Below, in pieces: positions 56,646 through 64,000 of a DNA stretch of 64,000 nucleotides. This stretch comes from a virus. Each line of letters opens with the position of its first letter. Position 1 is the stretch's first letter. A program made the translations under genes and the position numbers. The notes beneath the pieces were generated by a model. The model had not been told where the DNA came from. It worked only from the letters and a program-made list of their open reading frames with translations, and made no database searches. Location of the stretch: positions 31,021 through 95,020 of IMG/VR virus record IMGVR_UViG_3300031548_000001; one strand, 5' to 3'.

Positions 56646-56966
56646 TTATCGCTTCCGCAGCGGACGGCCCCGCCGCCAGTGCTCGCGCTGGGGTTCATAC
56701 TTCACCGGCATCATGACTTTCGGCGGCTCGTAGTTGGTCGCGGCTTGAAGAATCATGGTTTCAATCGGGGGTTTTGGCGCCTCGGGGTCATCCATGATTA
56801 CGACGTCAGCCTTCAGTCCTTTGATGGCCTTTAGATCCTCGTGACGTTCGCCCTTTGTCTCGATTTTGATCACTTCATGACCGGCCGCGAGACAGGCGAC
56901 AGCGAGACGATGGGCAATCAAACTGCCGCCGATAATGCCGACCATCAGGTGTGTCTTTCTGTTCAT
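56646..56966 (-). CDS. Hypothetical protein
   Basis: Coupled ORF. Confidence 0.45.
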   Translation of the reverse strand: MNRKTHLMVGIIGGSLIAHRLAVACLAAGHEVIKIETKGERHEDLKAIKGLKADVVIMDDPEAPKPPIETMILQAATNYEPPKVMMPVKYEPQREHWRRGRPLRKR

Positions 56967-57322
56967 TCAGCGGCGCGGAGTGCGCGGACTTCTTCGGTTG
57001 AGACGTCGATGATCCAGCCGTTGGCGCGAGCCCAAGACATGTGCTCTTTGATGTAGTTGTGGTGATTCCGGCACAGGCTTGAGAAATACTTTTTGCAGTA
57101 GAGCAGGGGGCCGTTCCGTCCGGCCTTGTGGTGAAGATCAATCACATCGCCGCGAAGGATGCTGCGAGAGCACCTAGGCATTTCGCACCGTGGGTGCTCT
57201 CGCTGGTATTCCGCCTTCGCGACACGGTAGCGGGCATCGTCGTCGGCTTTCTTCGGACTGCGTGATTTGATTGGCTTGCCCGCCCTTTTCAGGGGAGTGC
57301 GCCGGAGCGGGGTTCGCTTCAC
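56963..57322 (-). CDS. HNH-like nuclease
   Basis: CE..C, DLHH..GR, LCR.HH..I. Confidence 0.7.
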   Translation of the reverse strand: MKRTPLRRTPLKRAGKPIKSRSPKKADDDARYRVAKAEYQREHPRCEMPRCSRSILRGDVIDLHHKAGRNGPLLYCKKYFSSLCRNHHNYIKEHMSWARANGWIIDVSTEEVRALRAAE

Positions 57323-58431
57323 GAGAGACGAATCGGCATGATGACCGACAGAAGGTCTCCAATGATGAGGACCATCGGTGAGATGGTGTCAGTGATCTTA
57401 AGCGTGACGTGCTCGTCGTTGGTGGCCTGCAACGCTTCGATCACGAAATACGGGTTGATCGCGAGTTCCGACTCGACGTTCTTCATGTTCTCGCACGCTA
57501 CGTCTTCGTTCGCATCACCATACTCGGGTGAAGACGCCGACAACGTGAGCGTCGTTCCTTTCAGAGCGAGCTTCACTGACTTGTTCTTGTCGGACAGCGA
57601 GAGTGACACGCGGCGGAATGCCTGGGCGAGATCATCACGCTTCAGCTTGATCGTGTTGTCCGCATAGCCAGCTGGGATAACCTGCTTGTAGTTCGGGTAG
57701 GCACCATCGACCACTTTGGAATACATCGTGATGTCGCCTTCTTCGCGATCGATCTCAAAGCTGACACAGCGACCAGCCAACGTGAGCGCGACGTTTTTAC
57801 CGGAGCCGAGCAGCGGCTCCAGTTTCGCTACGGAGCTGGCCGGCAAGATCAGGCTGGCCGTTGACTCGGACTCAGCCTTGACCGAGTTGAGATGCAACCG
57901 GCGACCGTCCGTGGCCACGAAGTTCATGGCATTCTTCTGCTGGGAAATAAACATGCCGTTCAGTATGTAGCGGGAAGCATCGTCCGACTGAGCGGGGCTG
58001 ACCGACTGGATGCGAGAAAGCAGCGATTCCTGCGAGAACTCGATGCGCTTCACTTCGCCACTGATCTCCGGTGCCGGCGGGAACTCACTCGCGGCGATCG
58101 CATGCAGCGAAAACTTGCTGGAGCCAGACTCGATCTTGATCTGGTTTTTGATCTTGGTGAGCGTGACATTTTCGCTGGGCAGGGCGCGAATGATCGAGGT
58201 GAAGATTGAGCTGCTCACGCACAGCTCGCCCGACTCTTCAACGGGCGCAGCCATCGAGGTTTCGATGCGCACATCGAGGTTGGTGCAGGCCATGCTCACG
58301 CGCTGGCGTTCCTTTGAGAAACTCAGCATGACGCAGGAGAGCACGGGAATGGTGGCCTTGCCGCCAGGGCCGGCACGAGTGACAATGGCAAGAGCGCTGG
58401 AAAACGCTCTGATGTTCAGGGATGCTTTCAT
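57319..58431 (-). CDS. dnaN: DNA polymerase III beta sliding clamp
   Basis: TIPVLS, TNLD, EFP, RYILNG, VATDGRRL, G.YPNY..VIP, N..F..EAL, VIMPIR. Confidence 0.93.
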   Translation of the reverse strand: MKASLNIRAFSSALAIVTRAGPGGKATIPVLSCVMLSFSKERQRVSMACTNLDVRIETSMAAPVEESGELCVSSSIFTSIIRALPSENVTLTKIKNQIKIESGSSKFSLHAIAASEFPPAPEISGEVKRIEFSQESLLSRIQSVSPAQSDDASRYILNGMFISQQKNAMNFVATDGRRLHLNSVKAESESTASLILPASSVAKLEPLLGSGKNVALTLAGRCVSFEIDREEGDITMYSKVVDGAYPNYKQVIPAGYADNTIKLKRDDLAQAFRRVSLSLSDKNKSVKLALKGTTLTLSASSPEYGDANEDVACENMKNVESELAINPYFVIEALQATNDEHVTLKITDTISPMVLIIGDLLSVIMPIRLS

Positions 58432-58475
58432 TTCAGGTATTATTTCGGGTTCGAGTATCTAACGAAAACGTGGGC

Positions 58476-58781
58476 CTACTCCTTTGGGAATAGGCGCTTC
58501 TTTAGGTGATATAGTAGGACTTGGTCGGCACGGCGGATGTGCTTACATTTCGCCTGGGCGCTGTGCGGCTTGATGACGCGCCGGGCGAGCAACGGCTGAA
58601 TGCGCATCTGGAAGTGCGGACAACTACACTCGCCGGAGAACTGCCATGATGTGAGGTCAACCGTGTGGTAAATGTTCGGGCCTTCGGAGCTTTGGAAGTG
58701 CCAGCGCGTCCAGTCATCGGAGATGACTTTGAGAATTCCGCATGCGGCTGCAGCACGCTCGTTCTCTGAGATTTCAGGCAT
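58476..58781 (-). CDS. SWIM zinc-finger protein
   Basis: Y.V.....CSCPHF...CKHI. Confidence 0.7.
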   Translation of the reverse strand: MPEISENERAAAACGILKVISDDWTRWHFQSSEGPNIYHTVDLTSWQFSGECSCPHFQMRIQPLLARRVIKPHSAQAKCKHIRRADQVLLYHLKKRLFPKE

Positions 58782-58809
58782 AAATTCATTTCGGATTCGG
58801 GTTCGGGTG

Positions 58810-58853
58810 TCTGACGTGGTTTAGAGACCACGAAGAATTATTAATGTAAAGAG
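58810..58853 (-). promoter_or_regulatory. Early-type promoter CTCTTTACA
   Basis: 29 nt to GTCAGA. Confidence 0.6.
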
Positions 58854-58860
58854 TTTATTT

Positions 58861-60789
58861 TCAGAAAGGCGCGTCTTCATCGATCGGTTCTTCGGTAGCG
58901 ACGAGTTCTGGCGCCTCCGGGATTGGCTCTCCGGCAATAAACGAGTGTCCTCTCAGGCGATGATGACCGAAATACTGCTTCGATTCCTTGATATACCAGA
59001 GGTCGATTGTCGGTTCATCACCATCGTCGTTCTTCTGCTTTCCGATAATCAGCTGGGTGTCGGGTTTCGCCCGGCGCTTGGCAGCGATCTTGGACTCCTC
59101 GTCCTTCATTTTGATCATCTGCTCGATCTCCTTTTCCTTTTTCTTGTTTCGGTAAACGAGCATGACGTTGTGCGCCTGGTCCGTGATTTCTCCAGACCCC
59201 TTTACGTCCATTTTATTCACGACCTCGTCTTCGCTCTTCAGCTTGCGCGGGTGTGCGATCAGAAAAACGTGAACGTCGCAGTCGCGGACAAAATCCGAGA
59301 TCGCGTTGAGCACGAGGCCCTGCGCATCAAAGTCGTCACCAGCGATGCCGAGCTTCATGAAGGAATCGATCACGAAGAATCGCACGCCATGCCGCCGGTA
59401 GGCATAGCGGAATGTCGCGAGCACGTCCCGCCAATCGACCTTGCCGACCTTGTCGTAGAACCAAAATCCGCCGGCGAACCAGTCCTTCGCCGATTCAACG
59501 ACGTGCCTCTCTGGCGTATTGGTGCCCAGTGCCTGGCGCACCATGAATTGGAGTGTCTGCGTTGTCGGCACCTCGAATGAGCCGATGCAGCTCGGGTATC
59601 CAAGCTTCCGCAGATGAATCAAGATGAACTCGATCAGCGTCGTCTTGCCGCTGGAGTTTATTCCCGTCACGAGCGTCCACTCGTTCCAACGGAGGTGGAA
59701 CGGGTAATTTCCGAAGGGTAGGGGTATGCCTTTTTTAGCATTGGCATCCTGCGTGAACATGCGATCGACGACTGCTTGCCAGAAGTCGCCAGCGTTACGA
59801 AGCGCCTCCGGGTCCATGGTCTTGGCCTCGTTGAAAGCCTTCACCAACTCCGCACCGCGGCCTGCCTGCTGAAGGGCGTTCGCGTCCTTCTCCGGCAGGT
59901 TGACGACGAAGCACACCTCGCGGCCCAGACGTTTGATGATAGACGCACACGCCTTCCGGCCCGCTTCGTCCATATCGAAGCTCAGATAGACGCGCTCGAA
60001 CCGCTGCAGGAACTCCCAGTCCAAATCAATCCACTCGTCATTCGGGTCGCGTCCATCCTTGCCTTCCCACTTGGCGCCGAACGGCACCGATGTGCAGCAC
60101 AGGCCGGGGATGCGCATCGACTTCCAGCTCATGGCGTCGATCTCGCCCTCCGAGATGAGCAGGTAGCGATCTGTAGGCTGCACCGTGTGTTTGCCGAACA
60201 AAACCTTGGGCGTGTCCTTCGATGTCCACGGAATCTTCTTCCCGTTCTCGTCGCGCTCTAGCTTCAGATATTTGATCATCTGAGCCGCGTGCTCGGGACC
60301 GTGCTCGGAGAGGAACGGGAACACGATCGCTTCGACGTCGGCCAACATCGAGATGCGGTAGAGTTCGAGGATTTCCCTCGGGATGCAGCGCTCGGCCGTC
60401 AGGTAGAACTCCACCTTGTTTGCGAGCCAGGTGATCCCCTTTTTAGAAGGCTTCGAGTAGGTCTTCTCGCGGGCGGCGCGGATCGAAGTCGAGTTGGTCA
60501 CGCCTTGGCCTTCGAGCCACTGACGCGCCTCAGCCAAGGCCATCTGGAAGGGCAGGCTCTTAGCCTGCACCCAGAGTTCGAGGAGGTTGGATCCGCCGAT
60601 GTCGCCAGAGAAGTCGCGCCAGATACCGGCCTTGTCGCCGCGGAGGACGACCTTCAGTGATTGACCAGCGCCTCCGCCGATGTCGCCGCACACCCATTCG
60701 CCGCCGGATATTTTTCCGCCAGGCAGCAGCAATGAGCACACATTTTCGGCGCGATCGGCCAAGGCCTTCTTCAGTTGTTGGAGTTCCAT
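58861..60789 (-). CDS. Primase-helicase (T7 gp4/Twinkle-like)
   Basis: TOPRIM EGEIDA, FDMDEAG, KDAN; Walker A GINSSGKT, IDS, AHPRK; start at ATG 60789 after the leader. Confidence 0.92.
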   Translation of the reverse strand: MELQQLKKALADRAENVCSLLLPGGKISGGEWVCGDIGGGAGQSLKVVLRGDKAGIWRDFSGDIGGSNLLELWVQAKSLPFQMALAEARQWLEGQGVTNSTSIRAAREKTYSKPSKKGITWLANKVEFYLTAERCIPREILELYRISMLADVEAIVFPFLSEHGPEHAAQMIKYLKLERDENGKKIPWTSKDTPKVLFGKHTVQPTDRYLLISEGEIDAMSWKSMRIPGLCCTSVPFGAKWEGKDGRDPNDEWIDLDWEFLQRFERVYLSFDMDEAGRKACASIIKRLGREVCFVVNLPEKDANALQQAGRGAELVKAFNEAKTMDPEALRNAGDFWQAVVDRMFTQDANAKKGIPLPFGNYPFHLRWNEWTLVTGINSSGKTTLIEFILIHLRKLGYPSCIGSFEVPTTQTLQFMVRQALGTNTPERHVVESAKDWFAGGFWFYDKVGKVDWRDVLATFRYAYRRHGVRFFVIDSFMKLGIAGDDFDAQGLVLNAISDFVRDCDVHVFLIAHPRKLKSEDEVVNKMDVKGSGEITDQAHNVMLVYRNKKKEKEIEQMIKMKDEESKIAAKRRAKPDTQLIIGKQKNDDGDEPTIDLWYIKESKQYFGHHRLRGHSFIAGEPIPEAPELVATEEPIDEDAPF

Positions 60790-60824
60790 TTCAGTTCGGG
60801 TTCGTTTCGGGTTTGGGTGTCTGA

Positions 60825-61010
60825 TCAGCAGAGCGAGCGTATGCGGCCTATCTCTATCGCCGCGGCAAGAGGTAGGCCGGGCTTTCCTTTCGAGTTGAAG
60901 GTGGTCGCGGCGCCTATGCCGACGAGACCGCAACGCCGGGCGTGCCGATAGGAGAAGCGTGAGAGGAACACGTGCAGATGCACGCGGATGATCATGAGTT
61001 GTTTTTTCAT
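60825..61010 (-). CDS. Hypothetical protein
   Basis: Variant leader GCCAGAGACCTGAACCC...CAGAAATGAA. Confidence 0.45.
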   Translation of the reverse strand: MKKQLMIIRVHLHVFLSRFSYRHARRCGLVGIGAATTFNSKGKPGLPLAAAIEIGRIRSLC

Positions 61011-61064
61011 TTCTGGTTGGTTTTTGGGTTCAGGTCTCTGGCAAATAGAGGTGGGCTGCTTCTG

Positions 61065-61445
61065 CTACCAATCTATGTCGATGGTGTATTCTCCCGCATC
61101 GAGCAGGCCCTTCGCGTGCAGGTCGTTCGCCACCATTTGCACGTCGGGGTAGAAGTTACGGTCCCACCACAGCGACAGACAGTAGTCTTCCTGCCGTCCG
61201 GGCAGCTTTTGCTTTGGGTCTCTCGCGAGCCATGCCGCAAAGCTCACGCCGCGTTCGGAATGGTTCACGACTTCGGGCACGGACCCGCGCTCGTAGTCAT
61301 CAGCCGGAGCAGGCACACGCAGGCGGAAGACTCCGCGAGGCTTGCACCCGTCCTGCTGCTGAAATGAGTATTCTCGCCCATAGGTTTTCTTCTCGAGCGC
61401 ATCCCATTCGGATACGTCGATCACTTGTTCTGTTCGTATTTTCAT
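61065..61445 (-). CDS. Hypothetical protein
   Basis: 126-aa ORF with phage-like codon usage. Confidence 0.6.
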   Translation of the reverse strand: MKIRTEQVIDVSEWDALEKKTYGREYSFQQQDGCKPRGVFRLRVPAPADDYERGSVPEVVNHSERGVSFAAWLARDPKQKLPGRQEDYCLSLWWDRNFYPDVQMVANDLHAKGLLDAGEYTIDIDW

Positions 61446-61464
61446 TGGTGATTAGGAGGTTGGA

Positions 61465-62862
61465 TCAACCTTTGTAGTCGATGACCACGGGCATGCCGTT
61501 TGGGTGGGTGTCGCAGACCTTGTAGCGCGGCTCGCCCTCGTAGATCTCGGCGAGGTTCACCTCGAACGGCGTCGAGCCCCCCGGGGCCATTACCTTCGTC
61601 ATCTTCGGCGCTGTAGCCTTGGCTTGAACTTCCAGCACGAACGCCATCGCATCGGTGGAGTAGCCGCCATCCATGATCACGTCAGCGCGGCACTCGTTCT
61701 TCGCATTGCGGCCAAAAATCCAGCCCCACGAGTAGGGCTTGCCGTCCTGACCCTTGTGACCATTGCGGGCCATCAAGTAGTCGGAGGCGCGGACCTTTTG
61801 GGCCAGCAGCTCGAAGCAGCCGACCGTCTTGTTGTGCTTCCGCCAAAAGTTCTTCATCGCCACGTCGCGCCTGTCCCCCTTCGTGGGCATCTTCACCTCC
61901 GGCACGATCCGCGCCAGTGCGCCCATCACCTGCCGCCATGGAAAGTCTTTCCCCTTCGGGTCATCTTCTGACACGAGCGCGAGGTCGGCGGGGGGAACCC
62001 TGCTGGCGGTCTCTGACGCACGCGCCTGTCGTTCCTCTTCCATCGCCGCAAGGTCGCCAGCATCAATGCCAGTCTCCTCACCATCACAAACGCCGACGGC
62101 TTCAGCCGGCGGGTTTAATCCTTTAGGATTAAACGTAGTATCTGCCTCTGCTTCTGCCTCTGCTTGTGTTGACGTAGTTGACAGATTCGTAGTTGTAGCC
62201 GGAAGCAACGCATTGGACTTCGTAAGTTGATCAATCAATGCGAGGACTTCGGGTGTCTTCCTGAACCAGTCTCCCTGTATGCGATGAACCGAAATGCATT
62301 CCTTTACAGCGACTACCTTACTTTCATTCCCTTCTATTATGGCCAGAATCTCAGCGTTCGCGTGTGCTTTCTTCGTTTCACTTAGGCGAGCCCAAGGATT
62401 AACACTGAAGCCAATTTTTACGCATCCGTTCGCAGCTACGAAAAACAAGTAGCCGTCTCGTAGTTTTGTCGTAGTTGGCTTCGTAGCTACGCTCGTAGCG
62501 ACCTTGGCGCGGTGCTCAGCCTGCTTCACGCGGAGGTATTCACGCCGAGCCTCGGTGTCCTGCTTGTCTCGATATTTCGCGTAATTGGTCAGCGCCCAGC
62601 CCCCGTCGATTTTGTATATGCGTCGGCCATCGTTCTCCGGTGACCTGGAGAACTGATCGGGCGATTCGAGGGTGGCGATCGCATCAATCGTTTCCTGCAT
62701 GCTCAGGCGGGCACGGTCGGCCAGGCCCGGGATTGATGCCTCGATGACGCCGTCTTTGTCCGCCATCGCCAGCAGGGTGATGAACAGGATGCGCGTGGGG
62801 TTCGCCTCGCGCCAGATCGTCGAGTCGAGGATGCTGGAATGCAGCTTGGTGAATCCGCTCAC
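61465..62862 (-). CDS. Replication initiator-like protein with an inserted T5orf172/GIY-YIG domain
   Basis: FTKL.SSIL.STIW...L.AMAD..G, PD..SRS...GRRI..GGW...NY..YR; internal YL.F....VKIG.S.NP..R...GDWF; GTGA overlap with the upstream gene. Confidence 0.7.
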   Translation of the reverse strand: MSGFTKLHSSILDSTIWREANPTRILFITLLAMADKDGVIEASIPGLADRARLSMQETIDAIATLESPDQFSRSPENDGRRIYKIDGGWALTNYAKYRDKQDTEARREYLRVKQAEHRAKVATSVATKPTTTKLRDGYLFFVAANGCVKIGFSVNPWARLSETKKAHANAEILAIIEGNESKVVAVKECISVHRIQGDWFRKTPEVLALIDQLTKSNALLPATTTNLSTTSTQAEAEAEADTTFNPKGLNPPAEAVGVCDGEETGIDAGDLAAMEEERQARASETASRVPPADLALVSEDDPKGKDFPWRQVMGALARIVPEVKMPTKGDRRDVAMKNFWRKHNKTVGCFELLAQKVRASDYLMARNGHKGQDGKPYSWGWIFGRNAKNECRADVIMDGGYSTDAMAFVLEVQAKATAPKMTKVMAPGGSTPFEVNLAEIYEGEPRYKVCDTHPNGMPVVIDYKG

Positions 62863-63404
62863 AGGGATGCCTCCAGCTTCGGGATTAAATCTTTCACATC
62901 TTCGATGTGTTGAGCCGTAAGCCTGAACCACTCGCCACGGACACGTAGGTCTGCAAAGTGCAGGTGAAGCATTTCTTCAACACGCGAGTCTGTTTTCTGC
63001 ACGAAAATCAATTCGATCTCAGGCTCCTCTGATTGAAGCGTTTTCTCGCGAAACTCTGGATGGTCCGAGATGCCGATTTTCACGTAACCATTACGAGCGT
63101 TACGCATCATGTATAATTTGGTGCGACGAAAGTTAGGAGCTTTTGTCGGAATAACGGAACTGACGCTTACCATTTCCGATTCCTGCTCCAGCCGGTTGTT
63201 CTGGTTGTAGCTTAATACGGCATCATCGCTCAAAGAGAGTGTGTTTTTAGCTGCCTGAAGGAACGTCTCTACGATTTCCCGTGACGGGACGTAGTAGAGG
63301 CCGTCAAACAGGAAGAAATTCCCATTATCGTCTTTTTCAGCGCGGAGAAAAACGGGACGTGGTTTTCTGTGAATTGTAATTCCAACTGTGCTTTTGTCGC
63401 TCAT
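62859..63404 (-). CDS. T5orf172/GIY-YIG domain protein
   Basis: LY.M.N...YVKIG.S..P..R..LQ, E..LH..F...R.RGEWF. Confidence 0.85.
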   Translation of the reverse strand: MSDKSTVGITIHRKPRPVFLRAEKDDNGNFFLFDGLYYVPSREIVETFLQAAKNTLSLSDDAVLSYNQNNRLEQESEMVSVSSVIPTKAPNFRRTKLYMMRNARNGYVKIGISDHPEFREKTLQSEEPEIELIFVQKTDSRVEEMLHLHFADLRVRGEWFRLTAQHIEDVKDLIPKLEASL

Positions 63405-63424
63405 TTCGGGTTCGGGTATCGGGT

Positions 63425-63712
63425 TTATCGGATCTCTTGCACGTGGTCTTCGGTGACGAAGGCCTGAACGGCGCGACCGCTCGCGCCGATGATGGTCACT
63501 TTGTATTCGGGGATGAGTCCCCGCTTAGTGAAGCCCAACCACTGCTGGTCGATGACCTCGCCGCGCTCTGTGGTCACCTTGCCGCCTTTTCGGCGCAGGT
63601 CGAAGGTGACGAACATGCCGACAAACTTGAAAGGGTAGGGCTCTTTGCCGGGCACAATCTGAGAAGGTTCCGCCGTCCCAGTTGGCTGCGTCATTTCGTT
63701 TCGGGTGTTCAT
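63425..63712 (-). CDS. Hypothetical protein
   Basis: Preceded by stacked leader motifs. Confidence 0.55.
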   Translation of the reverse strand: MNTRNEMTQPTGTAEPSQIVPGKEPYPFKFVGMFVTFDLRRKGGKVTTERGEVIDQQWLGFTKRGLIPEYKVTIIGASGRAVQAFVTEDHVQEIR

Positions 63713-63900
63713 TTCGGGTTCGTTTCGGGTAGGACAAGACTTCGGATTCGGTTCGGTTCATTTCATTTCGGGTTCGGGTGCCGGAACGGCGGAAGGGGGT
63801 GGCAGACGTAGCAACGCCTGCGCAAATGCGATCCAAAGACGAACCATGCCTGTTCACCGGGCTATGTTTGAGACCGCTAGGGTCCACCAATTTGGACAAG

Positions 63901-63932
63901 AAAAGCCTCGGTTTAACCACCGGGGCTTTTTT
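63901..63932. terminator. Bidirectional terminator
   Basis: AAAAGCCTCGG...CCGGGGCTTTTTT. Confidence 0.7.
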
Positions 63933-64000
63933 GTGCCCATCGCCTAGGCAGGGTGGGTAGCAGCCGAGGTAACGAGGCTGTGGAAGTTCTTATGCCTCAA

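Larger units (their letters stand above)
8212..63785 (-). repeat. Dispersed 5'-leader repeat (GTCAGAYA)(CCCGAA/ACGAA/TCCGAA/CCTGAA)n-ATG
   Basis: Seen before starts at 8214, 8996, 10220, 12779, 13077, 14920, 22591, 27858, 37479, 39423, 42259, 46131, 47459, 48095, 51516, 52506, 53240, 53856, 56615, 58431, 58781, 60789, 61010, 63404, 63712. Confidence 0.9.

Noticed and set aside
39443-58463. GTTAGAC/GTTAGAT leader openings as integron core sites
   Set aside because: I found no matching RYYYAAC at the gene ends, most copies are GTCAGA, and spacing fits a transcription start
8212-63785. CRISPR array or iteron set from the CCCGAA repeats
   Set aside because: Copies are dispersed, variable and tied to start codons; no repeat-spacer periodicity and no cas genes
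1-64000. Integrase, att sites, repressor, holin/endolysin cassette
   Set aside because: None recognised in this window; they may lie outside it

Overview
The whole window is a segment of a tailed (siphovirus-like, HK97-fold) phage or prophage, almost entirely on the minus strand. Read in transcription order (right to left): replication module (initiator, primase-helicase, sliding clamp, two SNF2 ATPases, nucleases, ~64-48 kb); accessory early genes with DNA-modification and repair functions (three DNA MTases, ParB-like proteins, a CmoA homologue, an HhH glycosylase-like protein, DUF550, DUF1643, RlpA, a LemA-like pair, ~48-31 kb); an opposite-strand insert (PEP-CTERM protein, umuD, SRAP, umuC, 28.1-31.4 kb); then terminase, portal, a fibre module, protease, capsid, neck and tail genes (27.9 kb to the left edge). 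The form of the PEP-CTERM tail suggests a Verrucomicrobiota (Opitutaceae-like) host (inference). No integrase or repressor was recognised. The best candidate for a new system is an RNA-level regulon with three parts: (i) about 25 genes share a GAA-periodic 5' leader, (GTCAGAYA)CCCGAA..CCCGAA-ATG-AA; (ii) a ~63-nt promoter- and terminator-bounded candidate sRNA after the capsid gene is antisense to that leader and start codon; (iii) the phage encodes a tandem-KH (KhpA-like) RNA-binding protein. The window also holds a ~210-nt tRNA-like RNA with expanded D, anticodon and variable arms, a second hairpin ncRNA candidate, a ParB/MTase/HAD/CmoA-variant DNA-modification cluster, attC-like cassette signatures, and a -1 frameshift site in the tail chaperone genes. 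All family calls come from motif recognition by eye, not database searches.
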